A DNA stretch of 45,903 bases from Candidatus Limnocylindria bacterium (GCA_036380155.1 DASVFG010000055.1:1-45903); one strand, 5' to 3'; positions 17,320 to 25,451 are shown, counted from the first letter of the stretch. Notes: generated by a model from the letters alone, not told the origin. Translations and numbers: made by a program.

Positions 17320-17325
17320 TACAAT
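17320..17325 (+). promoter_or_regulatory. near-consensus -10 box TACAAT in an AT-rich island, 10 nt upstream of ATG 17336
   Basis: gattgcaattgcgcgTACAATttcaattgaaATG. This is the most AT-rich intergenic stretch of the window. No Shine-Dalgarno. Contains GCAATTGC palindrome and TTGCAA/TTGCGC hexamers. Confidence 0.5.
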
Positions 17326-17335
17326 TTCAATTGAA

Positions 17336-18310
17336 ATGAGTTTTAACCGACGTGGCGGTTTCGACCGCCGACCCGATCGATCCGATCGGCCCGACCGTGA
17401 CCGATTCGATCGACCCCAGCGACGTGACGCACCGTCCGGCGACTGGCAGCCTCGCGACCGTGGCGCCGGCAGCCGGCCCTACGCTCCGCGCGGCGGCGAT
17501 CGACCGTACCAGCCCCGTGGAGGCGCGCCCGACCGTCCGTACGGCGGGGGCGACCGCGGCGGCGACCGACCCCAGGGTGGCCCGCCCGGCGATCGCCCGT
17601 TCCAGCCTCGACCACGATTCGACGCACCTCGCCCCGATGAAGGAGGGATGTCGATCCGCCTCGATCCACGCAGGCTCGGCCTCCTGAAGCAGCTCGCCGC
17701 GGAGAAGGACCTCCGGCCCGGCGACCTCGTCCGCAGCTGGGTCGAGGAGCGCATCGACGGTGAGCGTCTCGGATCGCCGGTGGCGCCGACGGTCGGCGTC
17801 AGCGCGCAGCTCGAAGCCCTCGTCGCTCGCATCACCGCCCTCGAGGAGGCGGCCGGGATCACGGCGCCGGCGGCTCCGGTGCTCGCGGCTCCGGTGCCCG
17901 CGGCTCCCCGGGAGCATCCGGCTGCCGCCGAGGATGTCTCGGACGAGCCGACCCCCACCCAGGAGGAGGCTGCGGCAGCCGAACCCGTCACCGCAGCGGC
18001 GGACGAGGATGGAGCGGCCGATGCCGATGCACCCGTGACGCCGCCGACGAAGCGGTCGCGCACGAAGCGCGTCTCCGCGGCCCCGGCTGGCGAGCGTGTC
18101 GCGCTCCACGACGAGATGATCGCCGTGATCAGCGAGCGCGGGCCGATGACCGCCGGCGAGCTCGCCACGATCATCACCGAGCGCGGCCGCTACACGCCGC
18201 CGCGGAGCGGCAAGGCGCTCGACGCCGCGATGGTCAGCCAGCGGGTCAGCAACCCCGCCTACCGCGGGCGGTTCACCCGCGACGCGGGCCGCATCGGCCT
18301 GGCGGAGTAG
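17336..18310 (+). CDS. hypothetical DNA/RNA-binding protein: RG/DR-rich disordered N-terminus + ribbon-helix-helix-like segment + Ala/Pro linker + C-terminal HARE-HTH-like winged helix
   Basis: 324-aa ORF. Repeats GDRPYQPRGG/DRPYGGGDRGGDRPQGG. MSIRLDPRRLGLLKQLAAEKDLRPGDLVRSWVEERI is RHH-like. C-terminus HDEMIAVISERGPMTAGELATIITERGRYTPP...RGRFTRDAGRIGL is HARE-HTH-like. Alternative start ATG 17648. Confidence 0.75.
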   Translation: MSFNRRGGFDRRPDRSDRPDRDRFDRPQRRDAPSGDWQPRDRGAGSRPYAPRGGDRPYQPRGGAPDRPYGGGDRGGDRPQGGPPGDRPFQPRPRFDAPRPDEGGMSIRLDPRRLGLLKQLAAEKDLRPGDLVRSWVEERIDGERLGSPVAPTVGVSAQLEALVARITALEEAAGITAPAAPVLAAPVPAAPREHPAAAEDVSDEPTPTQEEAAAAEPVTAAADEDGAADADAPVTPPTKRSRTKRVSAAPAGERVALHDEMIAVISERGPMTAGELATIITERGRYTPPRSGKALDAAMVSQRVSNPAYRGRFTRDAGRIGLAE

Positions 18311-18333
18311 CCAGCCACCATCCCGTCAACGGC

Positions 18334-18361
18334 AAGGGCCGGCGCGTGAGCGCCGGCCCTT
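18334..18361. terminator. bidirectional terminator hairpin between convergent genes
   Basis: Perfect 12-bp stem AAGGGCCGGCGC / GCGCCGGCCCTT with GTGA loop, between the stop at 18310 (+) and the dodecin stop at 18404 (-). Confidence 0.65.
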
Positions 18362-18403
18362 GTGCTGTGCCGCCGCGGGGCCCGACGTGGGCGCCCGCAT
18401 CGG

Positions 18404-18607
18404 TCAGTCGTCGAGGATGAAGGTCACGAGGATGTTGGCCTGGAACTCCACCACGCCCTCGCGGCTGACGTTCACCCGCTGCTCCTTGACCCACGCCGAG
18501 CGGACGCCGCGCAGCGTCTTGTTGGCGCGGGCGATTCCCTGCTGGATGGCGTCCTCGAAGCTCACGGTCGACGTGCAGGACAGCTCGGTCACCTTTCCGA
18601 CGGACAT
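18404..18607 (-). CDS. dodecin family flavin-binding protein
   Basis: 67-aa ORF MSVGKVTELSCTSTVSFEDAIQQGIARANKTLRGVRSAWVKEQRV... matches the dodecin fold signature. GAGGAG Shine-Dalgarno. Confidence 0.88.
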   Translation of the reverse strand: MSVGKVTELSCTSTVSFEDAIQQGIARANKTLRGVRSAWVKEQRVNVSREGVVEFQANILVTFILDD

Positions 18608-18707
18608 CGGTTCTCCTCAATGCAATGCGGGTGGGCGCGAAGTATGCGCCCGCGCCGACCGCTGCAGATCGCGCGCCAAGCCGCAGCGGACGTCCATCTC
18701 ACGCTCC

Positions 18708-19739
18708 TCAGGGCCCGTGCGACGCCGTCCAGGCAAGGAGGTCATCGAGCTCCATGGCGTTGACGATCCGCTCCGGCGTCACCCCGCACAGGAAGGCGCG
18801 CTCGCAGCCGTTCGGAAGCCAGGCGAGCTGACCCGGCGCGTGGGCGTCGGTGTCGATGCTCACCCGGCAGCCGGCCTCCACCGCCAGGCGCAGGAGCCGC
18901 TTCGGTGGGTCGAGCCGCTCGGGGCGGGCGTTGATCTCGATCGCCTTGTCGAAGCGCGCCGCGGCGGCGAACACGAGGTCCGCGTCGAAGTCCGACGGTG
19001 GCCGCCTGCGCTTGCGGGTCGTCATCCGGCCGGTGCAATGGCCGAGGACGTCGAGGTGCGGGTTGGCGAGGGCGGTCACCATGCGGATCGTCATCGGTCG
19101 CGATTCGGCGCGCAGCTGCGAGTGGACCGAGCCGACCACGACGTCGAGCCGTCCGAGCAGCTCATCGGACTGGTCGAGCGAGCCGTCCTCGTTGATGTCG
19201 ACCTCGATGCCGGTGAGAAGCCGGAAGGGCGCCAGCTCGGCGTTCAACGTCGCGATCTCGTCGAGCTGCTCCTCGAGCCGCTCCGCGGACAGCCCGTTCG
19301 CGACGGTCAGGCGCGGCGAGTGGTCGGTGATGACGAGGTACGCGTGGCCGAGGCCGATCGCGGTCTCCGCCATCTCGCGGATCGAGGCGCCGCCGTCGGA
19401 GGCGAGCGTGTGGGCGTGCAGGTCGCCGCGCAGGGCGGCGCGAATGGCGGCGGCGCCCTCGGCCATCGGGATGCCGCCGGTCGCCTCGAGGCGGCGGAGA
19501 TAGACCGGCTCCTCGCCGCGCAGGCTCTCGAGGATGGTCCGCTCCGTGACCTCGCCGATGCCGCTCAGCTCGCGGAGGGTGCCCGCTCGGGCGCGATCCG
19601 CCACCCCCTCCGGACCCAGCTCGGCCAGGGTCGCCGCCGCGGATCGGAAGGCGCGCACGCGGTAGCTCGGCTCCATCGCCGCCTCGAGGAGGAAGGCGAT
19701 GCGCTTGAGGTCGGCAATCGGGTCGCGGGGGTCGGCCAC
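18708..19739 (-). CDS. PolX-derived protein: N-terminal 8-kDa/HhH domain + C-terminal PHP phosphoesterase, no polymerase core
   Basis: N-terminus IADLKRIAFLLEAAMEPSYRVRAFRSAA...LRELSGIGEVTERTILE is the PolX lyase/HhH region. PHP metal motifs HAHTLASDG, ITDHSP, EVDI, GSVH, LGHC, IDTDAH. GTG start 15 nt after the upstream stop. Confidence 0.88.
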   Translation of the reverse strand: MADPRDPIADLKRIAFLLEAAMEPSYRVRAFRSAAATLAELGPEGVADRARAGTLRELSGIGEVTERTILESLRGEEPVYLRRLEATGGIPMAEGAAAIRAALRGDLHAHTLASDGGASIREMAETAIGLGHAYLVITDHSPRLTVANGLSAERLEEQLDEIATLNAELAPFRLLTGIEVDINEDGSLDQSDELLGRLDVVVGSVHSQLRAESRPMTIRMVTALANPHLDVLGHCTGRMTTRKRRRPPSDFDADLVFAAAARFDKAIEINARPERLDPPKRLLRLAVEAGCRVSIDTDAHAPGQLAWLPNGCERAFLCGVTPERIVNAMELDDLLAWTASHGP

Positions 19740-19754
19740 GGGTGTGACGCGCCG

Positions 19755-20693
19755 CTACGGCAGCGTGAGGATGCGGGCCGGGTTGTCGATCGTCATCTGC
19801 CGGATCTCGCCCTCCCCCACCGCGGCCGTGCGCAGGGTCGGCAGGAAATACTGCTGGAGGTAGACGTAGCCGAACCCGCCGTACGCCTTGAGCTGCCGGT
19901 TGTGGCAGACGTCCTGGGAGAGGAGGATCTGCGGCGCGTGCCCGCGCTCGAGGAGCTCGACGATGATCTCGACGAGCCGCGGCTCCATCGCCTCCTCGAC
20001 ACCGAACCGATGGCCGACGAAGTCGAACTGCAGGTTCGCGCCCCGATCGAGCACGGCGAGATAGAAGTCGAGGTCGAGGTGCGAGTCGGCATGCCCGATG
20101 ACGACGCGCGAGGGGTCGACGCCCTCCTCGGTGAAGATGCGGAGCTGGGCGAGGCCGACGTCGGACTGCACGCCGTGGGTCGTGATCGCCATCCCGGTCC
20201 GGCGCGATGCGCGCGCCGCCGCACGATGGACGCGCTCCTCGAGAGCGCTCACCCACGGCTTGTCGGTGCCGATCTCGCCGATGATCCCCGGCCGCACGCC
20301 AGTCCCGCGCACGCCGTGCTCGAACTCGGCCACCAGCTCGTCCGCGAGGGCATCGACCGAGCGCCGGTCGATCCGCGTCTCGGCCGGGTAGTACGCGCCG
20401 CGATACCAGCCGCAGCCCATCACGACGTTCAGGCCGATGGCGCCGGCCAGGCGACGCAGCCGATCCGGATCGCGCCCGACCCCGTCGAGGGTCAGCTCGA
20501 CGATCGACGCCCCGCCGCGGCGACGGAAGTCGCGCAGCTCGTCGGCGATGAGGTCGTCGTGGGGCGCGAGCTCCCAGTAGTCCCAGCGACCCTCGACGTG
20601 CCACAGGGCGATGCCGACGTGCTCGTGCGGGAGGGTGAACCCGAGCTGCTCGGGCGGGATCGGTCCGGAGACGGTCATGACGCTCGGCGCCAT
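19755..20693 (-). CDS. phosphotriesterase-related (PTER/Php-type amidohydrolase) protein
   Basis: FTLPHEHV (HxH), GIIGEIGTD, ITTHG, VIGHAD, LLSQDV metal-ligand series. Start at internal ATG 20693 with GAGGAGG 6 nt upstream; the 765-aa track ORF is an artefactual extension. Confidence 0.9.
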   Translation of the reverse strand: MAPSVMTVSGPIPPEQLGFTLPHEHVGIALWHVEGRWDYWELAPHDDLIADELRDFRRRGGASIVELTLDGVGRDPDRLRRLAGAIGLNVVMGCGWYRGAYYPAETRIDRRSVDALADELVAEFEHGVRGTGVRPGIIGEIGTDKPWVSALEERVHRAAARASRRTGMAITTHGVQSDVGLAQLRIFTEEGVDPSRVVIGHADSHLDLDFYLAVLDRGANLQFDFVGHRFGVEEAMEPRLVEIIVELLERGHAPQILLSQDVCHNRQLKAYGGFGYVYLQQYFLPTLRTAAVGEGEIRQMTIDNPARILTLP

Positions 20694-20849
20694 CGCGGTC
20701 CTCCTCGGTGATCGGGCGCGTCGGTCGCGACGTGTGGCACGCCGGCGCGCAGGGTGACGGTGACGGGTCCATGGTGCCACCGCGCGGGTGCGTGATGTGA
20801 GGCGGTGCGCCGTGGCAGATGGCGGCCACCGTCGACGCCGGCGACCGGG

Positions 20850-20855
20850 TAGCCT
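20850..20855 (+). promoter_or_regulatory. -10-like hexamer TAGCCT, 6 nt upstream of ATG 20862
   Basis: ccgggTAGCCTacgcacATG, no Shine-Dalgarno. Confidence 0.4.
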
Positions 20856-20861
20856 ACGCAC

Positions 20862-22133
20862 ATGGCAGCCCCGGAGCCGCATGCGGCCACCCCCAACGGC
20901 ATCTGGGCCAACGCGCAGCGCGAGCTGGATCGCGCCGCCGAGCGGCTCGACCTCGACCCCGCCATGCACGAGGTCCTCCGCCATCCGAAGCGCGAGCTGA
21001 CCGTCCACTTCCCGGTCACCCATGCCGACGGACGGGTCGTCTCCTACGCGGGCTTCCGCGTCCACCACAACGTGAACCGCGGTCCCGCCAGCGGCGGCAT
21101 CCGCTACGTCCCGACGCTCGACCTCGACGAGGTCCGCGCGCTGGCGATGCTCAACTCGTGGAAGGCGGCGATCGTGCAGATCCCGTTCGGCGGCGCAGCC
21201 GGCGGCGTCCGAGTCGACCCCAAGCAGCTCTCCGTGCTCGAACGCCAGGGCCTCACCCGGCGCTTCACGACCGAGATCGGCATCCTCCTCGGCCCGGACA
21301 AGGACATCCCGTCCCCGGACGTCAACACCGGCTCGCAGACGATGGCCTGGATGATGGACACGATGTCGATGCATCGCGGCCACACGGTGGCGGCCTCGGT
21401 CATCGGCAAGCCGCTGTCGGTGGGCGGGACGCGCGGCCGGCGGAGCGCGACGGCGCGTGGCGCGATGCGCTGCATCCTGGCCGCTGCCCGCTCGAAGGAC
21501 CTCGCGCTCGACGGCGCGCGGGTCGTGATCCAGGGCTTCGGCCGCGTCGGGATGACGCTCGCCGAGGAGCTCGACAGGGCGGGCGCCGTGATCGTCGCCA
21601 TCGGTGACGACCGCGAGGCCGTCACGAACGCGGCCGGCATCGACGTCACCGACGCGGTCAACTGGATGCGCGAGCACGACACCGTGCGCAACATGCCGTC
21701 CACCGAGGCGATCTCGAAAGAGGCGCTCTACGGCCTCCCCTGCGACATCCTCGTGCCGGCCGGCCTCCAGGACGAGCTCACGGCGGGCAACGCGACCGCG
21801 GTGCAGGCGACGATCATCGCCGAGGCAGCGAACGGCGCCACCACCGCGGCGGCCGATGCGATCCTCGCCGACCGCGGCATCCTCGTCATCCCGGACATCG
21901 TCTGCACCGCGGGCGGCACGATCCTCGGCTACTTCGAGTGGGTGCAGGACATGCAGGCCTTCTTCTGGTCCGACCCCGAGATCGCGGGCGAGCTCGACCG
22001 GATCATGGACGACGCGATGACCGGGATCTCGGCGATGGCCGAGGCCGAGCACGTGGACCTGCGCGGCGCCGCGATGATGCTCGCCGTCCGCCGTGTGGCC
22101 GAGGCGACCTCGCTGCGCGGGCTCTATCCGTAG
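20862..22133 (+). CDS. Glu/Leu/Phe/Val dehydrogenase family protein, GDH-like with atypical active site (catalytic Lys replaced)
   Basis: 423-aa ORF colinear with ~420-aa hexameric GDHs (GGIRY, NSWKAAIV, DIPSPDV, GKPLSVGGTRGR, QGFGRVG, EAANG, GYFEWVQD). The glycine-rich signature reads IPFGGAAGGVRVDP (Ala where Lys is expected). Confidence 0.9.
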   Translation: MAAPEPHAATPNGIWANAQRELDRAAERLDLDPAMHEVLRHPKRELTVHFPVTHADGRVVSYAGFRVHHNVNRGPASGGIRYVPTLDLDEVRALAMLNSWKAAIVQIPFGGAAGGVRVDPKQLSVLERQGLTRRFTTEIGILLGPDKDIPSPDVNTGSQTMAWMMDTMSMHRGHTVAASVIGKPLSVGGTRGRRSATARGAMRCILAAARSKDLALDGARVVIQGFGRVGMTLAEELDRAGAVIVAIGDDREAVTNAAGIDVTDAVNWMREHDTVRNMPSTEAISKEALYGLPCDILVPAGLQDELTAGNATAVQATIIAEAANGATTAAADAILADRGILVIPDIVCTAGGTILGYFEWVQDMQAFFWSDPEIAGELDRIMDDAMTGISAMAEAEHVDLRGAAMMLAVRRVAEATSLRGLYP

Positions 22134-22136
22134 GGG

Positions 22137-22161
22137 ACGACCGCCGCGTTGCGGGCGTCGT
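22137..22161 (+). terminator. imperfect hairpin after the GDH-like gene
   Basis: ACGACCGCCGC-GTT-GCGGGCGTCGT: 9 of 11 positions pair, begins 4 nt after the stop. Confidence 0.35.
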
Positions 22162-22252
22162 GGCCCGGTTCATGCGAGGATGAACGTATCTCGTATCACG
22201 GGTGCGCGTCGCTGAGGGAACGGTGGCGTGATCGAACGCCACCGGAGCACAC

Positions 22253-23191
22253 ATGACACTGCCGACCTTCACCTCGCCGCGCGACCTCCTCACGGAGCTC
22301 GAGCCGGCCGCTGAACGACTCATGAACCGCCACGTCGCCATGGCGAAGGAGTGGTTCCCGCACGACTACATCCCGTACTCGATGGGCCGCGACTTCGACA
22401 AGGATCCGTGGACGCCCGACCAGCCGCGCATCAGCGGCGTCGCGCAGATCGCGTTCGAGGTCAACCTCCTGACCGAGGACAACCTGCCCTCGTACCACCG
22501 CGAGATCCACCGCATGTTCGGCAACGGCGACGGCGCCTGGATCAACTGGGTGAACCGGTGGACCGCCGAGGAGGGCCGGCACGCGATCGTGCTGCGTGAC
22601 TACCTCGTCGTCACCCGCAACATCGATCCCTACGCGCTCGAGCGGTCGCGCATGAACCAGCTGCAGACCGCCTACGACCACGACGACGGCGGCAACGTCC
22701 TGCGCGGCATCGCGTACGTCGCCTTCCAGGAGCTGGCGACCCGGATCAGCCACCGCAACACCGGCCGCTACTCGTCGGACCCGGTGGCGGATCGGATCAT
22801 GGCCCGCATCGCGGCCGATGAGAACCTCCACATGGTCTTCTACCGCGACATGCTGTCGGAGGCGATGAAGCTCGACCCGAGCGCCGCCGTGCATGCCATC
22901 GTCGACGAGATCATGGCGTTCCAGATGCCGGGCGCCGGGATGGAGAACTTCACCCGCAAGGCCGCACAGATGGCGAAGGCCGGCATCTACGACCTGCGCA
23001 TCCACCACGACGAGGTGATCTGGCCGCTCCTCCGCCATTGGGGCGTGTTCGAGGCGACGAACCTCGACCCGAGCGCCGAACAGCGACGGACCGAGCTGCG
23101 CGTGTTCCTCGACGGCCTCGACGCCCAGGCGGCGCGCTTCGAGGCGCGCCGCGCACAGAGCCTCGAGCGCGAGGCCGCGCGGGCGGGCTAG
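22253..23191 (+). CDS. acyl-ACP desaturase (soluble di-iron, DesA1/DesA2-like)
   Basis: Di-iron ligand series LTEDNLPSYH, WTAEEGRHA, AFQELATRISH, AADENLHM. GGAG Shine-Dalgarno. Confidence 0.92.
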   Translation: MTLPTFTSPRDLLTELEPAAERLMNRHVAMAKEWFPHDYIPYSMGRDFDKDPWTPDQPRISGVAQIAFEVNLLTEDNLPSYHREIHRMFGNGDGAWINWVNRWTAEEGRHAIVLRDYLVVTRNIDPYALERSRMNQLQTAYDHDDGGNVLRGIAYVAFQELATRISHRNTGRYSSDPVADRIMARIAADENLHMVFYRDMLSEAMKLDPSAAVHAIVDEIMAFQMPGAGMENFTRKAAQMAKAGIYDLRIHHDEVIWPLLRHWGVFEATNLDPSAEQRRTELRVFLDGLDAQAARFEARRAQSLEREAARAG

Positions 23192-23210
23192 CGGCCGAGG
23201 GCTGAACGAT

Positions 23211-23230
23211 CCGGGGGGTTGCCCCTCCGG
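23211..23230. terminator. hairpin CCGGGGGG-TTGC-CCCTCCGG between the desaturase stop and the small minus-strand ORF
   Basis: 8-bp stem (one G-U pair) located between convergent stops at 23191 and 23240. Confidence 0.4.
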
Positions 23231-23239
23231 AGCCTGCGG

Positions 23240-23341
23240 TCAGCGAGTCGGTGGCCGACGAGGCGTGCCCTGGGCGGTGAGCCGTCGGACCAGGCGCAGC
23301 AGCAGCCAGCCGACGACGAAGCGACGAATCAACGCAAACAT
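23240..23341 (-). CDS. candidate 33-aa small membrane/amphipathic protein downstream of the S9 peptidase
   Basis: MFALIRRFVVGWLLLRLVRRLTAQGTPRRPPTR. ATG 40 nt after the peptidase stop, GGTGG 5 nt upstream, followed by the 23211-23230 hairpin. Several low-GC3 codons, so uncertain. Confidence 0.3.
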   Translation of the reverse strand: MFALIRRFVVGWLLLRLVRRLTAQGTPRRPPTR

Positions 23342-23381
23342 GTTCGCCACCAACGCACGCCGCGTGCCGCGACGCGCCCGA

Positions 23382-25400
23382 TCAGAGCAGCGCCGGCCGG
23401 CGGAACTCCTCTCCCCGGAGGTGCTCGTCGAGGAACGCGCCCACCGTCTCGTACCAGAGGCGGGCGTTCTGCGGCTTGAGGATCCAGTGGTTCTCGTCGG
23501 GGAAGTAGAGGAATCGTGACGGGACGCCGTGACGGCGGAGATCGGTATAGAGGCGCAGCGCCTCGCTGATCGGCACCCGCAGGTCCCGCTCGCCGTGGAT
23601 GATGAGCATCGGCGTCCGGATGTTCGGCAGCAGGCGTGACGGCGACCACTCCTCGTAGCGCGAGGCATCGGTGTAGGGGTCGCCGAACTCGCGCTCCCAA
23701 TCCGGGCCGTAGTCGGTGGTCCCGTGGAATCCCCGCAGCTCCCACAGGGAGGCGTGCGTGACGATCGCCTTGAACCGGTCCGTCGAGCCGGCCACCCAGT
23801 TCGCCATGTAGCCGCCGAACGAGCCGCCCATGAGCGCGGTGCGCTCGGCGTCGATCTCCGGCCGTTCCACCGCCGCGTCCACGGCGGCGATGACGTCGGT
23901 GAACGGCTCGGCTCCCCACCGGCCCCAGCCGCGCTGGATGAACGCATGGCCGTACCCGGTCGAGATGGCGGGATCGGGCAGGAGGACCGCGTAGTCGCGC
24001 GCCGCCACGAGGTGCGGGTTCCAGCGCCAGCTCCAGGCGTTCCAGCTGCCGATCGGTCCCCCGTGGACGAACACGACGAGCGGCACCGGCGCGTCGGCCG
24101 TGGCGCCGGCCGGCAGGACGAGCCACGACGCGATCTCCTGGCCGTCGGTCGCCGTGGCGGTGACGCGCTCGACGCGACCGGGGAGCGCGTCGAGCGCCTC
24201 CGCGTCGAGCTCGGCGAACGTGCGGATGCGCTGCGAACCGCCGTCGGCCACGCGCACGAGCACCGGCGGCTCACGGTAGGACGAGCGGAGCGCGAACGCC
24301 GCGCCGTCCGGACCGAGCGCGAGGTCGGTGAAGTTGCCGTCGTCGGCGACCATCGTCGTCTCGCCGCCGGCGAGGTCGTGGCGATGGATCGAGCCGAGCC
24401 CGCGGTGGTCGGCCGTGAACCACACCGCGCTGCCGTCCGGTGCCCAGGTCGGGTGAGCCGGCCACAGGTCGAGGTCAGGCGTGAGGTCGCGACCTTCGCC
24501 GGTTGCCAGGTCGATGAGCCACAGCGTCGTGTCGCCGACCCGTTCGGGGACGTCGATCTCGCTCCGCAGGCAGGCCACCCAGCGGCCGTCCGGTGAGATG
24601 GCGGGATCGCCGTACCACGCATCGTCGGGCGTGAGGTCGCGACGCGCACCGCTGGCGCGATCGATGGCGATGAGCGCGAAGTCGGTGCGACCGATGTCGT
24701 CGCTGCGGATCACGCCGGTCACCACGGTCGAGCCGTCGGGGGTGACGTCGAACCCCTGTTCGACGAGCTGCGTGCCGGCATCCGGGGTCAGGTCGACCGG
24801 GTCGCCGATGCGGTCCTCGCCCTCCGGCATCGGCGCGGCGAACAGGTGCCGTTCGCGTGGACCGTGGTACGCGTCCCAGTGCCGGATCGGGAACGTGTCG
24901 AAGAGGAGGGCGTCGACGCCTGCCTTCTTGCGCGCCCCGTGTCGCTCGCGGTCGGCGGCCGCGTCGCTCGTGCCGGGAAACACGCCGGCGCCGTAGACGA
25001 GGACATCGGCGTCCCGGGCCGCCACCACGCCATCGACCCCTCCCGACGGCCGTGCCAGCGGACGTGCCTCGCCGCCACCGGCGGGAAGCAGCCACAGCCC
25101 GCCGGTCTCCTCTTCGTCCTCGTCGTCGGGGGAACGGTCGGCGTCGGGCCGGGACGAGGTGAACAGGATGGATCCGTCGCGCGAGAACGTCGCGGCGCTC
25201 TCGCCGGGTGCCGAGCGGGTCAGGCGCCGAGGCCGCGTATCGCCGGTGGCGTCGAGCTCCCACAGCGAGCTGTGCATCTTCTTGCCGTCCGGCGCGGGGC
25301 GCCCGACGGTGACGATGAGCCGGGACCCGTCCCGTGAGACGCGCAGGCCGGAGAGGCGCGGGAGACGGAGGTAGGCGTCGAAATCGAAGGCGTCGGTCAT
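23382..25400 (-). CDS. S9 family serine peptidase (prolyl oligopeptidase / acylaminoacyl-peptidase type) with N-terminal beta-propeller
   Basis: 672 aa. Repeated SRDG/SPDG propeller blades. Catalytic triad contexts [28 protein letters not shown]. Confidence 0.93.
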   Translation of the reverse strand: MTDAFDFDAYLRLPRLSGLRVSRDGSRLIVTVGRPAPDGKKMHSSLWELDATGDTRPRRLTRSAPGESAATFSRDGSILFTSSRPDADRSPDDEDEEETGGLWLLPAGGGEARPLARPSGGVDGVVAARDADVLVYGAGVFPGTSDAAADRERHGARKKAGVDALLFDTFPIRHWDAYHGPRERHLFAAPMPEGEDRIGDPVDLTPDAGTQLVEQGFDVTPDGSTVVTGVIRSDDIGRTDFALIAIDRASGARRDLTPDDAWYGDPAISPDGRWVACLRSEIDVPERVGDTTLWLIDLATGEGRDLTPDLDLWPAHPTWAPDGSAVWFTADHRGLGSIHRHDLAGGETTMVADDGNFTDLALGPDGAAFALRSSYREPPVLVRVADGGSQRIRTFAELDAEALDALPGRVERVTATATDGQEIASWLVLPAGATADAPVPLVVFVHGGPIGSWNAWSWRWNPHLVAARDYAVLLPDPAISTGYGHAFIQRGWGRWGAEPFTDVIAAVDAAVERPEIDAERTALMGGSFGGYMANWVAGSTDRFKAIVTHASLWELRGFHGTTDYGPDWEREFGDPYTDASRYEEWSPSRLLPNIRTPMLIIHGERDLRVPISEALRLYTDLRRHGVPSRFLYFPDENHWILKPQNARLWYETVGAFLDEHLRGEEFRRPALL

Positions 25401-25406
25401 GTGTCC

Positions 25407-25412
25407 ATCCTA
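25407..25412 (-). promoter_or_regulatory. -10-like hexamer TAGGAT, 6 nt upstream of the S9 peptidase ATG 25400
   Basis: Revcomp reads gtgcgTAGGATggacacATGACC, no Shine-Dalgarno. Confidence 0.45.
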
Positions 25413-25451
25413 CGCACCGACCGCCGGTTGCGGCGGCATCGGTCTTGCGTC

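Noticed and set aside
17639-17650. Strong GAAGGAGGG followed by ATG (17648) inside the RG/RHH gene, suggesting the true start is internal and the RG-rich region is a 5' UTR.
   Set aside because: Not fully rejected. However, the purine tract ends only 1 nt before the ATG, which is too close for a functional Shine-Dalgarno. The upstream ATG at 17336 sits at a leaderless distance from a near-consensus TACAAT box. Kept as an alternative start.
18360-20829. 783-aa plus ORF and 555-aa minus ORF overlapping the dodecin / PHP / phosphotriesterase region.
   Set aside because: Out-of-frame or antisense to genes with complete metal-binding motif sets. Low-complexity Arg/Gly/Asp/Pro translations.
20694-22052. 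N-terminal 450-aa extension of the 765-aa minus ORF (would make a giant phosphotriesterase fusion).
   Set aside because: The extension is antisense to the GDH-like gene and has no motifs. A strong GAGGAGG plus ATG at 20693 gives a normal 312-aa PTER-family protein.
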